This document shows, in pieces, positions 39,997-53,669 of a DNA stretch of 124,000 nucleotides. The stretch is from Hyalangium minutum. Lineage in GTDB: Bacteria; Myxococcota; Myxococcia; Myxococcales; Myxococcaceae. Each line of letters begins with the position of its first letter. The first letter of the stretch is position 1. The position numbers and the translations under genes are program-made. The notes beneath the pieces are model-generated. The model was not told where the DNA came from. It was given only the letters and a program-made list of their open reading frames with translations, and did no database searches. The stretch lies in the NCBI RefSeq assembly GCF_000737315.1, contig NZ_JMCB01000001.1, positions 144,001-268,000 of the forward strand. The letters run 5' to 3'.

Positions 39997-40359
39997 CTAC
40001 CCGTGGTAGACGCGCGAGGCGACGATCTTCCCGCCCTTCACCTCCAGCACCTCGGCCACCGGCATGTCCGGGTCGCCGGGCGCGTGGCGCAGGTACTCCA
40101 TGAAGACGCGCTCCCCGTCAGCCGTCAGGGCCGTCTCCTCGTACTTCAGGCCCGGCAGCCGGGCGATCGCCTCCCGCCACCACTTCGCCAGCGCCTGCTT
40201 GCCCACCAGCTTGCCGCCCGTCTCCGGGTGCAACACCCGGATCTTCGGAGAGGTATGGGTGCAGTCCTCGGCGTAGAGCGCCACCAGCGCCTCCACGTCA
40301 TGGGCGTTGAAGGCCTTCAGCCACGCCCGGGCCAAGGAGAAGTTTTCGCTCGCGCTCAT
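39997..40359 (-). CDS. NTF2/SnoaL-like protein
   Basis: WLKAFNAHDVEALVALYAED. Confidence 0.85.
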   Translation of the reverse strand: MSASENFSLARAWLKAFNAHDVEALVALYAEDCTHTSPKIRVLHPETGGKLVGKQALAKWWREAIARLPGLKYEETALTADGERVFMEYLRHAPGDPDMPVAEVLEVKGGKIVASRVYHG

Positions 40360-40572
40360 GGTTCTATCCCTCGGAAAAAGCCTGGCCGGTCCCTGCGCTG
40401 CGCCGGAAAGGCCTCCCCTATATAAGGTGTACGGCTTGATCGGTAGGCGGGGGTGGGTGCACGTAAGCCCCCACCAGCATGCGGATTTGGCTGGAAAGTT
40501 CAACCTGTGGGAAGTAGAGGCCCCGCCTGCCCTGTTCCCCCAGGCATTTTTCAAGAGAAGAAGGACCGGATC

Positions 40573-42687
<2,115 letters not shown>

Positions 42688-42719
42688 TCCGCGGTCCGCC
42701 GCACAACACTTGAAGTCCA

Positions 42720-42760
42720 GGGAGGGCGCCTCTCGGGTGGAGGCGCCCTCTCCCTTTTTC
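42720..42760 (+). terminator. Rho-independent terminator after fusA
   Basis: gagggcgcct...aggcgccctc followed by ttttt. Confidence 0.8.
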
Positions 42761-42807
42761 AGGCCTCGCTACGAAGCGAGCGCCAGGCACCCGACCTACG
42801 GGAAATC

Positions 42808-44313
42808 ATGACTTTTGACGAACTGAAGCTCGCTGAACCCCTGCTGCGCGCCGTGAAGGCCGAGGGCTACACCACTCCCACTCCCATCCAGACCCAGGCC
42901 ATTCCTCCGGCGCTCGCCGGCCGCGACGTGCTGGGCTGCGCACAGACGGGCACGGGCAAGACGGCGGCGTTCGCGCTGCCCATCCTCCACCGGCTCTCCG
43001 AGGGCCGCCCCGCTCCGGCCGCGCACGGGCGCCCCATCCGCGCGCTCATCCTCACCCCCACTCGCGAGCTGGCCAGCCAGATCGTCGAGAGCTTCCAGGC
43101 CTACGGGAAGTTCACCTCGCTCACGTGGGCGGTGATCTTTGGCGGCGTGGGGCAGAACGCGCAGGAGCAGGCGCTGCGGCGCGGCGTGGACGTGCTGGTG
43201 GCGACGCCCGGGCGGCTGTTGGACCTGATGAGCCAGAAGCTCGTCTCGTACAAGGCGCTCGAGGTGTTCGTGCTGGACGAGGCCGACCGCATGCTGGACA
43301 TGGGCTTCATCCATGACGTGAAGAAGGTCATCGCGGCGATCCCTGCGAAGCGGCAGACGCTGTTCTTCTCCGCGACGATGCCGCCGGAGATCCAGGCGCT
43401 GAGCAAGGGCATCCTGAAGGATCCGGCGAAGGTGGAGGTGGTGCCGCAATCCACCACGGCGGAGAAGGTGGAGCAGCGGCTGTACTTCGTGGAGCGCGAG
43501 CAGAAGCGCCACCTGCTGGTGCACCTGCTGGGCGACACGAGCATCCGCCGGGCGCTGGTGTTCACGCGGACGAAGCACGGCGCCAACCGGGTGACGCGGC
43601 AACTGGAGGCGGCGCGCATCACCGCCGAGGCCATTCACGGCAACAAGAGCCAGAACGCGCGCGAGCGGGCGCTGGACTCGTTCAAGGACGGCAGCTGCCG
43701 GGTGCTGGTGGCCACGGACATCGCGGCGCGCGGCATCGACATCGAGGGGATTACCCACGTCATCAACTTCGATTTGCCGAACATCCCCGAGTCCTACGTG
43801 CACCGCATTGGCCGCACGGGCCGCGCGGGCGCGGCGGGCACGGCGCTGTCCTTCTGCGACACGGAGGAGCGCGCGTACCTGAAGGACATCGAGCGCACCA
43901 TCCGGCGGCACGTGCCGGTGGTGGCGGACCACCCGTTCCGCTCGGGCTCCGGGGCGCCGACGCCCTCGGTGCTGGGGGCGGCGCAGGGACAGTCCGCGCA
44001 GGGCGGACAGCGGTCCGAGGGTGGACAGCGGCACGGCGGCGGGCAGCGCCCTCAGGGCGGCAGCCAGCGGCGCGGCGGTGGCGGCCAGCGGCACGGCGAG
44101 TCGCGGCGGGACGGAGCCGAGGCCCACGGTCCTCGGGGGGACGGGCAGCGGCGCCGGCGCGGTGGGCGCGGGCGTCCGGGCGGCCAGGGTGGCGAGGCCC
44201 GGCAGTCGCAGGGGCAGCACCGGGGCACGGACGGACGGGGTGCTCCCTCGGCGGCTCCGGCTTCGGCGGCGCCTCGGCCTCCTCCGGCGCGCACCTCTCC
44301 GAAGTGGCTCTGA
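42808..44313 (+). CDS. rhlE: DEAD-box RNA helicase (RhlE-like) with Gly/Gln/Arg-rich tail
   Basis: [29 protein letters not shown]. Confidence 0.88.
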   Translation: MTFDELKLAEPLLRAVKAEGYTTPTPIQTQAIPPALAGRDVLGCAQTGTGKTAAFALPILHRLSEGRPAPAAHGRPIRALILTPTRELASQIVESFQAYGKFTSLTWAVIFGGVGQNAQEQALRRGVDVLVATPGRLLDLMSQKLVSYKALEVFVLDEADRMLDMGFIHDVKKVIAAIPAKRQTLFFSATMPPEIQALSKGILKDPAKVEVVPQSTTAEKVEQRLYFVEREQKRHLLVHLLGDTSIRRALVFTRTKHGANRVTRQLEAARITAEAIHGNKSQNARERALDSFKDGSCRVLVATDIAARGIDIEGITHVINFDLPNIPESYVHRIGRTGRAGAAGTALSFCDTEERAYLKDIERTIRRHVPVVADHPFRSGSGAPTPSVLGAAQGQSAQGGQRSEGGQRHGGGQRPQGGSQRRGGGGQRHGESRRDGAEAHGPRGDGQRRRRGGRGRPGGQGGEARQSQGQHRGTDGRGAPSAAPASAAPRPPPARTSPKWL

Positions 44314-44328
44314 GGTAAAGAGAGCCCC

Positions 44329-46257
44329 GTGACCCTGCTCCGCGCCGCCAATGTCCAGCTGACCTTCGGAAGCCGTACCGTCTTCGAGGGGCTCACCCTC
44401 ACCATCGAGGAGGGTGAGCGCGTCGGCTTGGTGGGAGTGAACGGGTCGGGGAAGTCCTCGCTGATGAAGATCATGGCGGGGGTGTCGCGGCCGGACGCGG
44501 GGGAGCTTCAGCTCCGCCGTGGGGCTCGCGTCACCTACCTGCCGCAGGAGCCCGAGTTCCCCGAGGGCGCCACGGTGGCCTCGGAGCTGTCGGTGTCGCA
44601 GGGGCCGCTGAAGGAGGTGCTCACGGCGCACGCGGAGCTGAGCCGCAAGCTGGAGTCCACTCCGGCGGAGGCCCACGAGAAGCTGCTGGAGCAGCTCGCC
44701 TCGTTGAACGACCGCATCGAGCAGCTCGGCGGCTGGGACACGGAGCACCACGCGAAGATGCTGCTGGACCGGCTGGGCGTGAAGGAGTGGGACCGGCCGG
44801 TGTCTCAGCTGTCTGGCGGCTTGCGCAAGCGCGTGGCGATTGCGCGGGCGCTGCTGACGCGGCCGGACCTGCTGATGCTGGACGAGCCCACCAACCACCT
44901 GGACGCGGACACGGTGGACTGGCTCGAGGGAGAGCTGGACAAGCTCCCAGGCTCGCTGCTGCTGGTGACGCACGATCGCTACTTCCTGGACGGGCTGGTG
45001 GATCGAATTGTGGAGATCCAACCCGGCGGAGGCGTGGTCTCGTACCCGGGCAACTACGAGGCGTACATCGAGCAGAAGCTGGTGGCGCAGGAGAACGCGT
45101 CCCTGGCGCAGCACAAGCGTGAGCGGTGGATCGCGCAAGAAGTGGCCTGGCTGCGGCGAGGCCCCGAGGCGCGGCGCACGAAGAGCAAGGCGCGCATCGA
45201 TCGGGCGCGGAAGCTGATGGCAGAGAAGGGCTTCCAGCGGCCGAAGGTGGCGGAGCTGCAGGTGCTGGCGGCGCCCCGGCTCGGGCACACGGTCATCGAG
45301 GCAGAGGGGATTGGAAAGTCCTACGGCGACCGGAAGGTGCTGAAGAACGTGGACTTCCGGCTGCAGCGCGGCGAGCGCGTGGGAATCGTGGGGCCCAACG
45401 GCGTGGGCAAGACGACGTTCCTGCGGGTGTTGCTGGGCGAGCTGCCTCCGGACAGCGGGAAGCTGGTCATCGGGAAGAACACGAAGGTGGCGTACTACGA
45501 CCAGACGCGGGCCTCGCTGGATCCCGAGCAGACGGTGTACGAGGCGGCCTCTCCGGGCGAGGACTGGGTAGAGTTCGGCGACAAGAAGGTGGCCCTGCGG
45601 GACTACCTGGAAGACCTGCTGTTCCCGGTACCGATGCAGAAGCAGAAGGTGGCGGCGCTGTCGGGAGGCGAGCGCAACCGGCTGCTGCTGGCGCGGCTGT
45701 TCCTGGAAGGGGCGAACGTCCTGGTGCTGGACGAGCCCACGAACGATCTGGACATCGTGACGTTGAACGTCCTGGAGGGGCTGCTGCTGAGCTTCACGGG
45801 GAGCGTGCTGCTGGTGACCCACGACCGGTACTTCCTGGACAAGGTGGCCACGTCCATCCTGGCTTTCGAGGGAGACGGGCGGGTAGTCCGGTACGAGGGC
45901 AACTACGCGATGTACCGGCGCCTGAAGGACCAGGCGGAGGCGGCTAAAGCGGCGGAGGCCTCGGCGACAGCGCCGAAGAAGGAGGCCCCTCCCCCGTCCC
46001 AGGCCGAGGCGCCGAAGCAGGCGCGGAAGCCCGGGAAGCTCTCGTACAAGGAGCAGCGGGAGCTGGACGGAATGGAGGCGGCGATCGAGGCGGCGGAGAC
46101 GCGCAAAGCGGAGCTGGAAGCGAAGCTGGCCGACCCCACCGTCTACAGCAGCGCGACGAAGGTGCCGGAGCTGCAGCGCGAGCTGGAGACTGCGACCGTC
46201 GAGGTGGACCGGCTGTACGCGCGCTGGCAGGAACTGCAGAACCTCGTCAGCGGTTGA
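44329..46257 (+). CDS. uup: ABC-F ATPase, Uup-like
   Basis: Two ABC cassettes, no TM; C-terminal KLSYKEQREL coiled domain. Confidence 0.85.
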   Translation: MTLLRAANVQLTFGSRTVFEGLTLTIEEGERVGLVGVNGSGKSSLMKIMAGVSRPDAGELQLRRGARVTYLPQEPEFPEGATVASELSVSQGPLKEVLTAHAELSRKLESTPAEAHEKLLEQLASLNDRIEQLGGWDTEHHAKMLLDRLGVKEWDRPVSQLSGGLRKRVAIARALLTRPDLLMLDEPTNHLDADTVDWLEGELDKLPGSLLLVTHDRYFLDGLVDRIVEIQPGGGVVSYPGNYEAYIEQKLVAQENASLAQHKRERWIAQEVAWLRRGPEARRTKSKARIDRARKLMAEKGFQRPKVAELQVLAAPRLGHTVIEAEGIGKSYGDRKVLKNVDFRLQRGERVGIVGPNGVGKTTFLRVLLGELPPDSGKLVIGKNTKVAYYDQTRASLDPEQTVYEAASPGEDWVEFGDKKVALRDYLEDLLFPVPMQKQKVAALSGGERNRLLLARLFLEGANVLVLDEPTNDLDIVTLNVLEGLLLSFTGSVLLVTHDRYFLDKVATSILAFEGDGRVVRYEGNYAMYRRLKDQAEAAKAAEASATAPKKEAPPPSQAEAPKQARKPGKLSYKEQRELDGMEAAIEAAETRKAELEAKLADPTVYSSATKVPELQRELETATVEVDRLYARWQELQNLVSG

Positions 46258-46298
46258 GCGCCGGCCGACGCCACGGAGCGAGAGAGAGGCATGATGTG

Positions 46299-47690
46299 AT
46301 GATCCATCCGAAAAGAGCAGCAGTCCCCCTGGCGCTCGCCCTGGGCGCGCTGGTGTTAGGACTGGGGTGGGCCAGCCTGCGAAAGGAGCCTTCGCCTCTC
46401 GGCGAGTCCGCGCAAGGGAACAGCCCGGGCAATCCTCAAGACGCCCAGCGCACTGGATCTTCGCAGCAGGACAAGGACGAGTACGCGCGGAAGGCCCTGG
46501 AGGCGCTGCGGGAAGCAGGCTTCACGGAGCCCCTGACCTACGATCCCGAGCGCTTCCAGATCCAAATCCCCGACGGCGAGGGCCAGCAAGCGCAGACGAT
46601 CTTCCTCGGCAATCTCTATGACGAGTACCGATCGGCGCCTCCCGAGCGGCGCGAGGTAGTGCTCCGGCACATCACGGCGATGGGCCGCGCGCCGAGCTCC
46701 CCCATCAGTTACACGTCGGCGCGCTCGTCGTTGATGCCCGTGGTGCGCCCGCGCGCGTACTTCTCACTGCTGGAGATCGTCGATCCGAAGAGCCCGCTCG
46801 GCAGCCCGAGGCCCGCGGAGTGGCGCGCGCTGGGAGAGGTGCTCTCGGTGGCGGTCGTGCTCGATACGCCGGACGCCATGAAGTACCTGGGGCAGGAGCA
46901 GTTCCAGGAGTGGGGCATCACCTTCGACGAGGCGCTCGGGGTCGCGATGGAGAACCTGCGGAGCCAGAGCGCCGAGCCGCTGTTTCCGGTGGCCCCAGGC
47001 GTTTGCGCCTCGGGGTGGCGAGACAGCTATGGCGTATCTCGCCTGCTGCTGGACGAGGTGGTGCGCCGCTGCAAGGTGCGTGGGGATCCCGTGGTCTTCG
47101 CGCCCCAGCGGGATCTGCTGCTCATCACCGGCGCGGAGGACGAGGACGGGCTGGCACAGGCCGCGGAGATCGCCCTGAAGGCCTTCCAGGCGCCGCGCTC
47201 GATCGACGGACGCGCGCTGCGGCGAACGCCCCAGGGGTGGAAGCCCTTCCTGCCCGCGCCCCAGAGCAAGGCGTGGCAGCCCATGCGCAACCTGGCGGTC
47301 TACAGCCAGGGGCGCGATTACGCGGATCAGACGGATCGGCTCCGGCAGCAACACGAACAACTCGGGGTGGAGCTCTTCGTCGCGGACTTCGTGGTCTCGG
47401 AGGAGGAGTCAGGCCAGGCGGTCAGCCAGGCAGTCTGGGTCAAGGGGCTCGACACGCTGTTGCCGCGCGTGGATCGGATCTTCTTCATGGACGAGGCGCT
47501 CGGACCCAAGGCGCCGCCCGTGGCGGTGGTGCGCTGGGAAGCGGTGAAGCGGGACATGGGGGCCCAGTTGGTGCCAGTGGAAGGAGACTATCCCGAGCGC
47601 TACCGCCCGCAGGGCTTCCCCTCCCCCGAGCAGATTGCCCGCTGGAAGAAGGATCCGAGCGCGTGGGACATGCCCCCGCCGCCTCCGTAA
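46299..47690 (+). CDS. Membrane-anchored hypothetical protein, DUF1444-like
   Basis: N-terminal hydrophobic anchor; IFLGNLYDEY; family call tentative. Confidence 0.55.
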   Translation: MIHPKRAAVPLALALGALVLGLGWASLRKEPSPLGESAQGNSPGNPQDAQRTGSSQQDKDEYARKALEALREAGFTEPLTYDPERFQIQIPDGEGQQAQTIFLGNLYDEYRSAPPERREVVLRHITAMGRAPSSPISYTSARSSLMPVVRPRAYFSLLEIVDPKSPLGSPRPAEWRALGEVLSVAVVLDTPDAMKYLGQEQFQEWGITFDEALGVAMENLRSQSAEPLFPVAPGVCASGWRDSYGVSRLLLDEVVRRCKVRGDPVVFAPQRDLLLITGAEDEDGLAQAAEIALKAFQAPRSIDGRALRRTPQGWKPFLPAPQSKAWQPMRNLAVYSQGRDYADQTDRLRQQHEQLGVELFVADFVVSEEESGQAVSQAVWVKGLDTLLPRVDRIFFMDEALGPKAPPVAVVRWEAVKRDMGAQLVPVEGDYPERYRPQGFPSPEQIARWKKDPSAWDMPPPPP

Positions 47691-47699
47691 GGCGGCACC

Positions 47700-48480
<781 letters not shown>

Positions 48481-48496
48481 GGGCACTCTACGTCCC

Positions 48497-49075
48497 TTAC
48501 GAGGCGTCTGGCGTTTCTTCCTGCACGGCCAGAGAGAAGGGGTAGATCGAGCGGTGGCCGATGTTCGAGTGGTCGACGGTAAGGTAAAGCTCACCCGCGA
48601 TCGAAATCACCGCTTGCGGAGGGGGGCTGACCTGGCTCTTGAACCAGGCCTCGGCCTCCGGAAGCGTCGAGAAGGAGGCGACGGGTGGCGGTAGCCCTTC
48701 ACGAACACGTGCTCCGAGGAAGTACTGAAGGACGGGATGGGGAAAGATGCGGCGTTCCTGCAAATCGCGGTTGTAGACGAGCAGATGGTACTGGTCCGCA
48801 ATCAAGACGTATGCAGAAGAGGGAGGTGCAGGCTGCTCCTTCAACCAGTTCTCCGCCTCCTCGCGTGAGCCGAACGCCGCCGCGACGCGCGGAGGTTCGT
48901 CGGACGCCAGATGCTTCCGGTAATCCTCAAAGGCATAAACCTGCCCCGTGGATTCGATGAACAGAAGAGCGTCAAACAGGACGTCACGCACTTCCTGAGG
49001 AGCATGGACCGAAGCGTTTGAGCCAAGACCCGCAAGGAACTCCATGGCACTGGAAAGGAGCTTGCGCGTACTCAT
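48497..49075 (-). CDS. Myxobacterial hypothetical protein with duplicated F.S/T.EEAE.W..Q..PP repeat (partner of upstream lipoprotein)
   Basis: Internal duplication AFGSREEAENWLKEQPAPP / SFSTLPEAEAWFKSQVSPP; ATG overlaps upstream stop. Confidence 0.65.
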   Translation of the reverse strand: MSTRKLLSSAMEFLAGLGSNASVHAPQEVRDVLFDALLFIESTGQVYAFEDYRKHLASDEPPRVAAAFGSREEAENWLKEQPAPPSSAYVLIADQYHLLVYNRDLQERRIFPHPVLQYFLGARVREGLPPPVASFSTLPEAEAWFKSQVSPPPQAVISIAGELYLTVDHSNIGHRSIYPFSLAVQEETPDAS

Positions 49076-49701
49076 TGCGCCCCCCCAGCAACACTGTCCT
49101 CGGGTTGGCTTTCGGATGACGTCATCAGCACCACGGGAGCAAGAACCAGAAGCCCAGCCCCAGCGGAGATGACCACAAAGGCGATCCCAGCAACGGTGAT
49201 GACGCTGCCCACCAAGACCTCCTTCCGGTGGCGCTTCAGCCAGTCGATCAGACCATCCACTGTCGTGAACTCCTGGGGCCGGAGCCGCTCCAGTTCCCGA
49301 CAATCATCGTAGGCCTGCTGGCATTCGCGACGGCAGAACTCCGACTTGCCGCCCATCTTGCGAGGGGACGTATAGCTTCCATACCCAGGAGGAAGAGGAC
49401 GCGACATGCATTTTTGGTAGCACTCTTGATTCTCCTGGTCACAGTCTCGAGGCCGGGCCGCAGCAGGTAGAACGCCTCCTGATCGCGCTTCGTTGGCTGA
49501 CCGAAACCGGTAGGCCGAGAAGTCGAAGCGCTCGGCGGGCTGCCACGCGTGGGTGACCTGACCATCGGGGTGCGCTTGGAGAACAAGCACGAAGTGCTCA
49601 GGATTTGCTGGGCTCGGCACTTCTGGCGAACGAGAACGGCTGGCGCTGCATGCCACCAGCAAGGTGCTCAGGCCCACGGCGAGGAGCTTCTTAAGCATCA
49701 T
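49072..49701 (-). CDS. Cys-rich lipoprotein with hydrophobic C-terminal tail
   Basis: Lipobox LLVAC; CDQENQECYQKC...FCRRECQQAYDDC. Confidence 0.7.
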   Translation of the reverse strand: MMLKKLLAVGLSTLLVACSASRSRSPEVPSPANPEHFVLVLQAHPDGQVTHAWQPAERFDFSAYRFRSANEARSGGVLPAAARPRDCDQENQECYQKCMSRPLPPGYGSYTSPRKMGGKSEFCRRECQQAYDDCRELERLRPQEFTTVDGLIDWLKRHRKEVLVGSVITVAGIAFVVISAGAGLLVLAPVVLMTSSESQPEDSVAGGAQ

Positions 49702-50060
49702 GTTGGGTCCTCTGGGGGCCATCCGCATCGATGATATAGCACCAGCCCCAGACCTGCCCCCACGCCCACCGCGGACAGGCCATGCCGCACCGCCAGCCAC
49801 ACCACCACCCTCCGCCTCGCCCCCAGCGCCATCCGCACCCGATCTCCCGAGCTCGCTGCGTCACCCGGTATGACGGCCGATGGCCCCGAAACACCCTCGG
49901 AAAGCGAGCCGGCCTCAGAGGCTCCGATTGCCTGCCTGCTCGGACGGATCCTGGCTGCCTGGAGGCTGGGGGAAGCCTCCGGCGCCGTCATCCGTTGCAG
50001 ACCGTCCCCATGGCTCCCTGGCTGTGCTAGGTAGGCCCCCTCTCTGACTTTCGAACACCT

Positions 50061-51683
50061 ATGATTCGGCTCGACAACATCGGCAAGCAGCACGGCCAGC
50101 AGATCCTCTTCGTGGAGGCCTCCGCCCAGCTCAACCGCGGCGAGAAGATTGGCCTCGTAGGCCCCAACGGCGCGGGCAAGACCACCCTCTTCCGCATGGT
50201 CATGCAGCGCGAGCACCCGGACGAAGGCCAGGTCTCCGTCGACCGGGGCGTCACCATCGGTTACTTCGACCAGGACGTGGGCGAGATGTCCGGCATGTCC
50301 GCCGTGGCCGCGACCATGGACGGCGCGGGCCCGGTCTCCGAGGTCGCCGCCGAGCTCAAGCAGCTCGAGGCCGCCATGGCCGACCCAGAGCGCATGGACG
50401 AGATGGACAAGCTCATCGAGCGCTTCGGCGTGGTGCAGGGCCGCTACGAGGAGCTGGGCGGCTACGCGCTGGAGGGCAAGGCACGGGAGATCCTCGCGGG
50501 CCTGGGCTTCACCCTGGAGATGATGGACGGGGACGTGGGGGCGCTCAGCGGTGGGTGGAAGATGCGCGTGGCGCTGGCCCGCATCCTCCTGATGCGCCCG
50601 GACGTCATGCTGCTGGACGAGCCCAGCAACCACCTCGACATCGAGTCGCTCATCTGGCTGGAGAACTTCCTCAAGGGCTACGAAGGCGCCCTGCTGATGA
50701 CCAGCCACGACCGCGAGTTCATGAACCGCGTCATCTCGAAGATCATCGAGATCGACGGTGGCACGCTGACGACGTACTCGGGCAACTACGACTTCTACGA
50801 GAAGCAGCGCGCCCAGCTCGAGCGCCAGCAGCAGGCGCAGTTCGAGCGCCAGCAGGCCATGCTCGCCAAGGAGCTGAAGTTCATCGAGCGCTTCAAGGCG
50901 CGCGCCTCGCACGCGGCCCAGGTGCAGAGCCGGGTGAAGAAGCTGGAGAAGATCGAAAAGGTGGAGCCGCCCAAGCGGCGCCAGACCCTGGTGTTCGACT
51001 TCCAGCCGCCGCCGCGCTCGGGCGACGACGTGGCGAAGCTGGAGCGGGTGGTGAAGGGCTATGGCAAGCGCCGCATCTACAGCGGGCTGGACTTCCTGGT
51101 CCGCCGCGGCGAGCGCTGGTGCGTGATGGGCGTGAACGGCGCGGGCAAGTCCACGCTGCTCAAGCTGATTGCGGGCGAGTCCCATCCGGATGACGGAGCG
51201 GTGTCGGTGGGCTCCAGCGTGAAGATGGGCTACTTCGCCCAGCACGCCATGGAGGTGCTCAAGGGCGAGCTGACGGTGTTCGAGTCCCTGGTAGAGCGGT
51301 TCCCGCGGGCTTCGCAGGGCTCGCTGCGGGCGCTGGCCGGGTGCTTCGGCTTCTCCGGCGACGAGGTGGAGAAGAAGTGCCGGGTGCTCTCCGGTGGCGA
51401 GAAGGCGCGGCTGGTGCTGGCGCAGATGCTCTACGATCCGCCCAACTTCCTGGTGCTGGACGAGCCCACCAACCACCTGGACATGGCCACCAAGCAGATG
51501 CTGATCACAGCGCTGGCCAACTACGAGGGCACCATGCTCTTCGTGAGCCACGATCGGCACTTCCTGGCGGCGCTCTCCAACCGGGTGCTGGAGCTGACGC
51601 CCGAGGGCGTGCACCAGTACGGTGGTGGTTACACGGAATACGTGTCGCGCACGGGCCAGGAGGCCCCGGGTCTCAGAAATTAA
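50061..51683 (+). CDS. ABC-F ATPase (YbiT/YheS-like)
   Basis: GPNGAGKT, LSGGWKMR, GVNGAGKS, LSGGEKAR; no TM. Confidence 0.9.
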   Translation: MIRLDNIGKQHGQQILFVEASAQLNRGEKIGLVGPNGAGKTTLFRMVMQREHPDEGQVSVDRGVTIGYFDQDVGEMSGMSAVAATMDGAGPVSEVAAELKQLEAAMADPERMDEMDKLIERFGVVQGRYEELGGYALEGKAREILAGLGFTLEMMDGDVGALSGGWKMRVALARILLMRPDVMLLDEPSNHLDIESLIWLENFLKGYEGALLMTSHDREFMNRVISKIIEIDGGTLTTYSGNYDFYEKQRAQLERQQQAQFERQQAMLAKELKFIERFKARASHAAQVQSRVKKLEKIEKVEPPKRRQTLVFDFQPPPRSGDDVAKLERVVKGYGKRRIYSGLDFLVRRGERWCVMGVNGAGKSTLLKLIAGESHPDDGAVSVGSSVKMGYFAQHAMEVLKGELTVFESLVERFPRASQGSLRALAGCFGFSGDEVEKKCRVLSGGEKARLVLAQMLYDPPNFLVLDEPTNHLDMATKQMLITALANYEGTMLFVSHDRHFLAALSNRVLELTPEGVHQYGGGYTEYVSRTGQEAPGLRN

Positions 51684-51764
51684 GAGTCAGGGCGCGCGGG
51701 CCTTGAACTCTGGGTCCGCGCGTTTTCTACTCCCTACTCGCCGCGTAGGTTCGTAGAGTGCACG

Positions 51765-52670
51765 GTGATGGTCCGCCCGTCCCTCTCTCTCGCTCTTGTG
51801 GCGCTGTCGCTGCTGTCCACCCCGGCCCTGGCCCAGTCGCGGCTGCCCAGCTTCGACCTCCAGCGGCTCCAGTTCGAGCCCAGCGCGCTCGGCTCCTTCG
51901 TGGTGGGCACCGGCCGCACGCTGGACGCGGGTGTCTTCCGCACCTCGTTCCAGGTCCACTACGAGCAGCAGCCGCTCTCCTTCGATGAGCGCTGGGACCC
52001 AGCTGCGGGCCAATCGCTGGTGGAGGGCAAGTTCACCACCCACCTCACCGCAGCCTATGGCGTGCTGTCCTGGCTGCAGGTGGGGGCGCAGGTGCCCTTC
52101 ATCCTCAACCAGTCGGGGACTCGCACCTTCACGGCGCTGCCCCCCTCGAAGACGGGCCTGGGGACACCCTGGGTGTCGGCTCGCGTGGGGCTGCTGAGCC
52201 AGAAGAGCGGTGGGCCCATGAACCTGGCGCTCGACGTCGCGGGCGCTGTGCCTGTGGGCAGCACCGAGGCGCTCGCCAAGGATGACTACGCGCTGTACCC
52301 ACGGCTCCAGCTGGGCGTCCAGGGTTCGGGCTTCCAGGTGGGAGGCGAGGTGGGCGCCCTCGTGCGCAAGAAGGTGGACCTCGGGGTGCTCTCCCTCCGC
52401 GAGCACGACGTCATCGGCAACGAGCTCCGGATCGGTGCCACGGTGACGTCGCTCGGCGGCAAGAAGACGCGCGGCGAGCTGAGCGTGATGACGGCGCTGC
52501 CGCTCGAGGACGGGCGCATGAGCACGGAGGTGCTGCTGGCCATCCGCCGCCACGCCCTGCCCTGGCTGGACCTCTACGTGCTCGGCGGGCCGGGGATCGG
52601 CATCGCCTCGGACACGCCCTCGTTCCGTGTCATCGCCGGCGCCTCGTTCTCCAACGCGAAGATCGACTGA
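51765..52670 (+). CDS. Stand-alone outer-membrane beta-barrel resembling N-terminal domain of myxobacterial OmpA/TraB-type proteins
   Basis: Signal peptide; FDLQRLQFEPSALGS..HYEQQPL; TPSFRVIAGASF; no OmpA C-domain. Confidence 0.6.
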   Translation: MMVRPSLSLALVALSLLSTPALAQSRLPSFDLQRLQFEPSALGSFVVGTGRTLDAGVFRTSFQVHYEQQPLSFDERWDPAAGQSLVEGKFTTHLTAAYGVLSWLQVGAQVPFILNQSGTRTFTALPPSKTGLGTPWVSARVGLLSQKSGGPMNLALDVAGAVPVGSTEALAKDDYALYPRLQLGVQGSGFQVGGEVGALVRKKVDLGVLSLREHDVIGNELRIGATVTSLGGKKTRGELSVMTALPLEDGRMSTEVLLAIRRHALPWLDLYVLGGPGIGIASDTPSFRVIAGASFSNAKID

Positions 52671-52782
52671 CGCTCAGCGCACGTTGCGGAACGTGCCCCG
52701 GTAGAAACAACAAGGGCGGCCGTGGCACGAAGCCACGGGCCGCCCTCTTCACTTCACCGGCCCGGAACGCGGGCCGCGCCGC

Positions 52783-53466
52783 TCAATTCACATCCCAGCA
52801 GGCGGCGATCTCCTCGCAGGCGAGCGCCAGGTTGTCCAACCGGCGCTGCTGCGCCTTGGGCGCCACGTACACCTTCCCCGCGAACACGTCGAACACGCGC
52901 ACCAGGCGGTGATCCACCGGCCCCTTCTGCTGCAGGTGCTCCTCCGCGTACAGGTGCAGCACCGTGGCGATGTACTGCCCGGACTGCTCGTTCAGCGGCG
53001 TGTGCTTCGAGAAGTACAGCTTCAGCAGCCCCGAGTGCATCTGCCCGTGCCGGTCCGCGCTGCGCAGCAGGAGCTCCGGCCGCACGTTGATCGTCACGCC
53101 GCTCAGCGCCATCGGCGGGAACTCCGGACCCGCGGGGCTCGCCACCGCGTTCGTCAGCGACAGCTCGTCGGCCGCCATCAGGAAGTGCTGCAGCGCCTCC
53201 GCGCACAAAGACAGCCGGTGCGCGTCGAAGTCCGACTCGGGCTTGGCGTTCAGCATGCGGCGCTGGTGGTAGCGCAGAATCACCTCATCACGGCCGCCGC
53301 AGAGGTACTCGACGATGGCTTGCGCGGCCTCCGGGTAGCGCAGGTACTGAGGGTCCACCGGGTGCTTCTGCGCGTGGATGATGCGCTTGCGCAGCGCCGG
53401 CGTCGCCGTCAGGTACTGCCCCAGCTTGTTCACCGAGACGCTCGGATTCGCACGAATGTCAGTCAT
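52783..53466 (-). CDS. Hypothetical protein, possible PD-(D/E)XK-like fold
   Basis: INVRPELL...GLLKLYFSK. Confidence 0.5.
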   Translation of the reverse strand: MTDIRANPSVSVNKLGQYLTATPALRKRIIHAQKHPVDPQYLRYPEAAQAIVEYLCGGRDEVILRYHQRRMLNAKPESDFDAHRLSLCAEALQHFLMAADELSLTNAVASPAGPEFPPMALSGVTINVRPELLLRSADRHGQMHSGLLKLYFSKHTPLNEQSGQYIATVLHLYAEEHLQQKGPVDHRLVRVFDVFAGKVYVAPKAQQRRLDNLALACEEIAACWDVN

Positions 53467-53669
53467 TGTTCGACCCTTCCTTGCCGTTGCGGGAATAAAG
53501 AGAGACTACCGGTCAGGTCTGACATTCCCCGGCGAGCCAGGGTCCTCATCCCAGCGCAAAACCCACCTTGTCGCACACCTCGAATTCAGAGGGCTCCGGG
53601 CCCTACCTGCCGCGTTCCGGCGCCCGGCCGTGCGTACAATAGAAACGAAGACGTGGAGGAGACACGCGC

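Noticed and set aside
42796-45822. 1008-aa minus-strand ORF
   Set aside because: Antisense to the helicase and ABC-F genes
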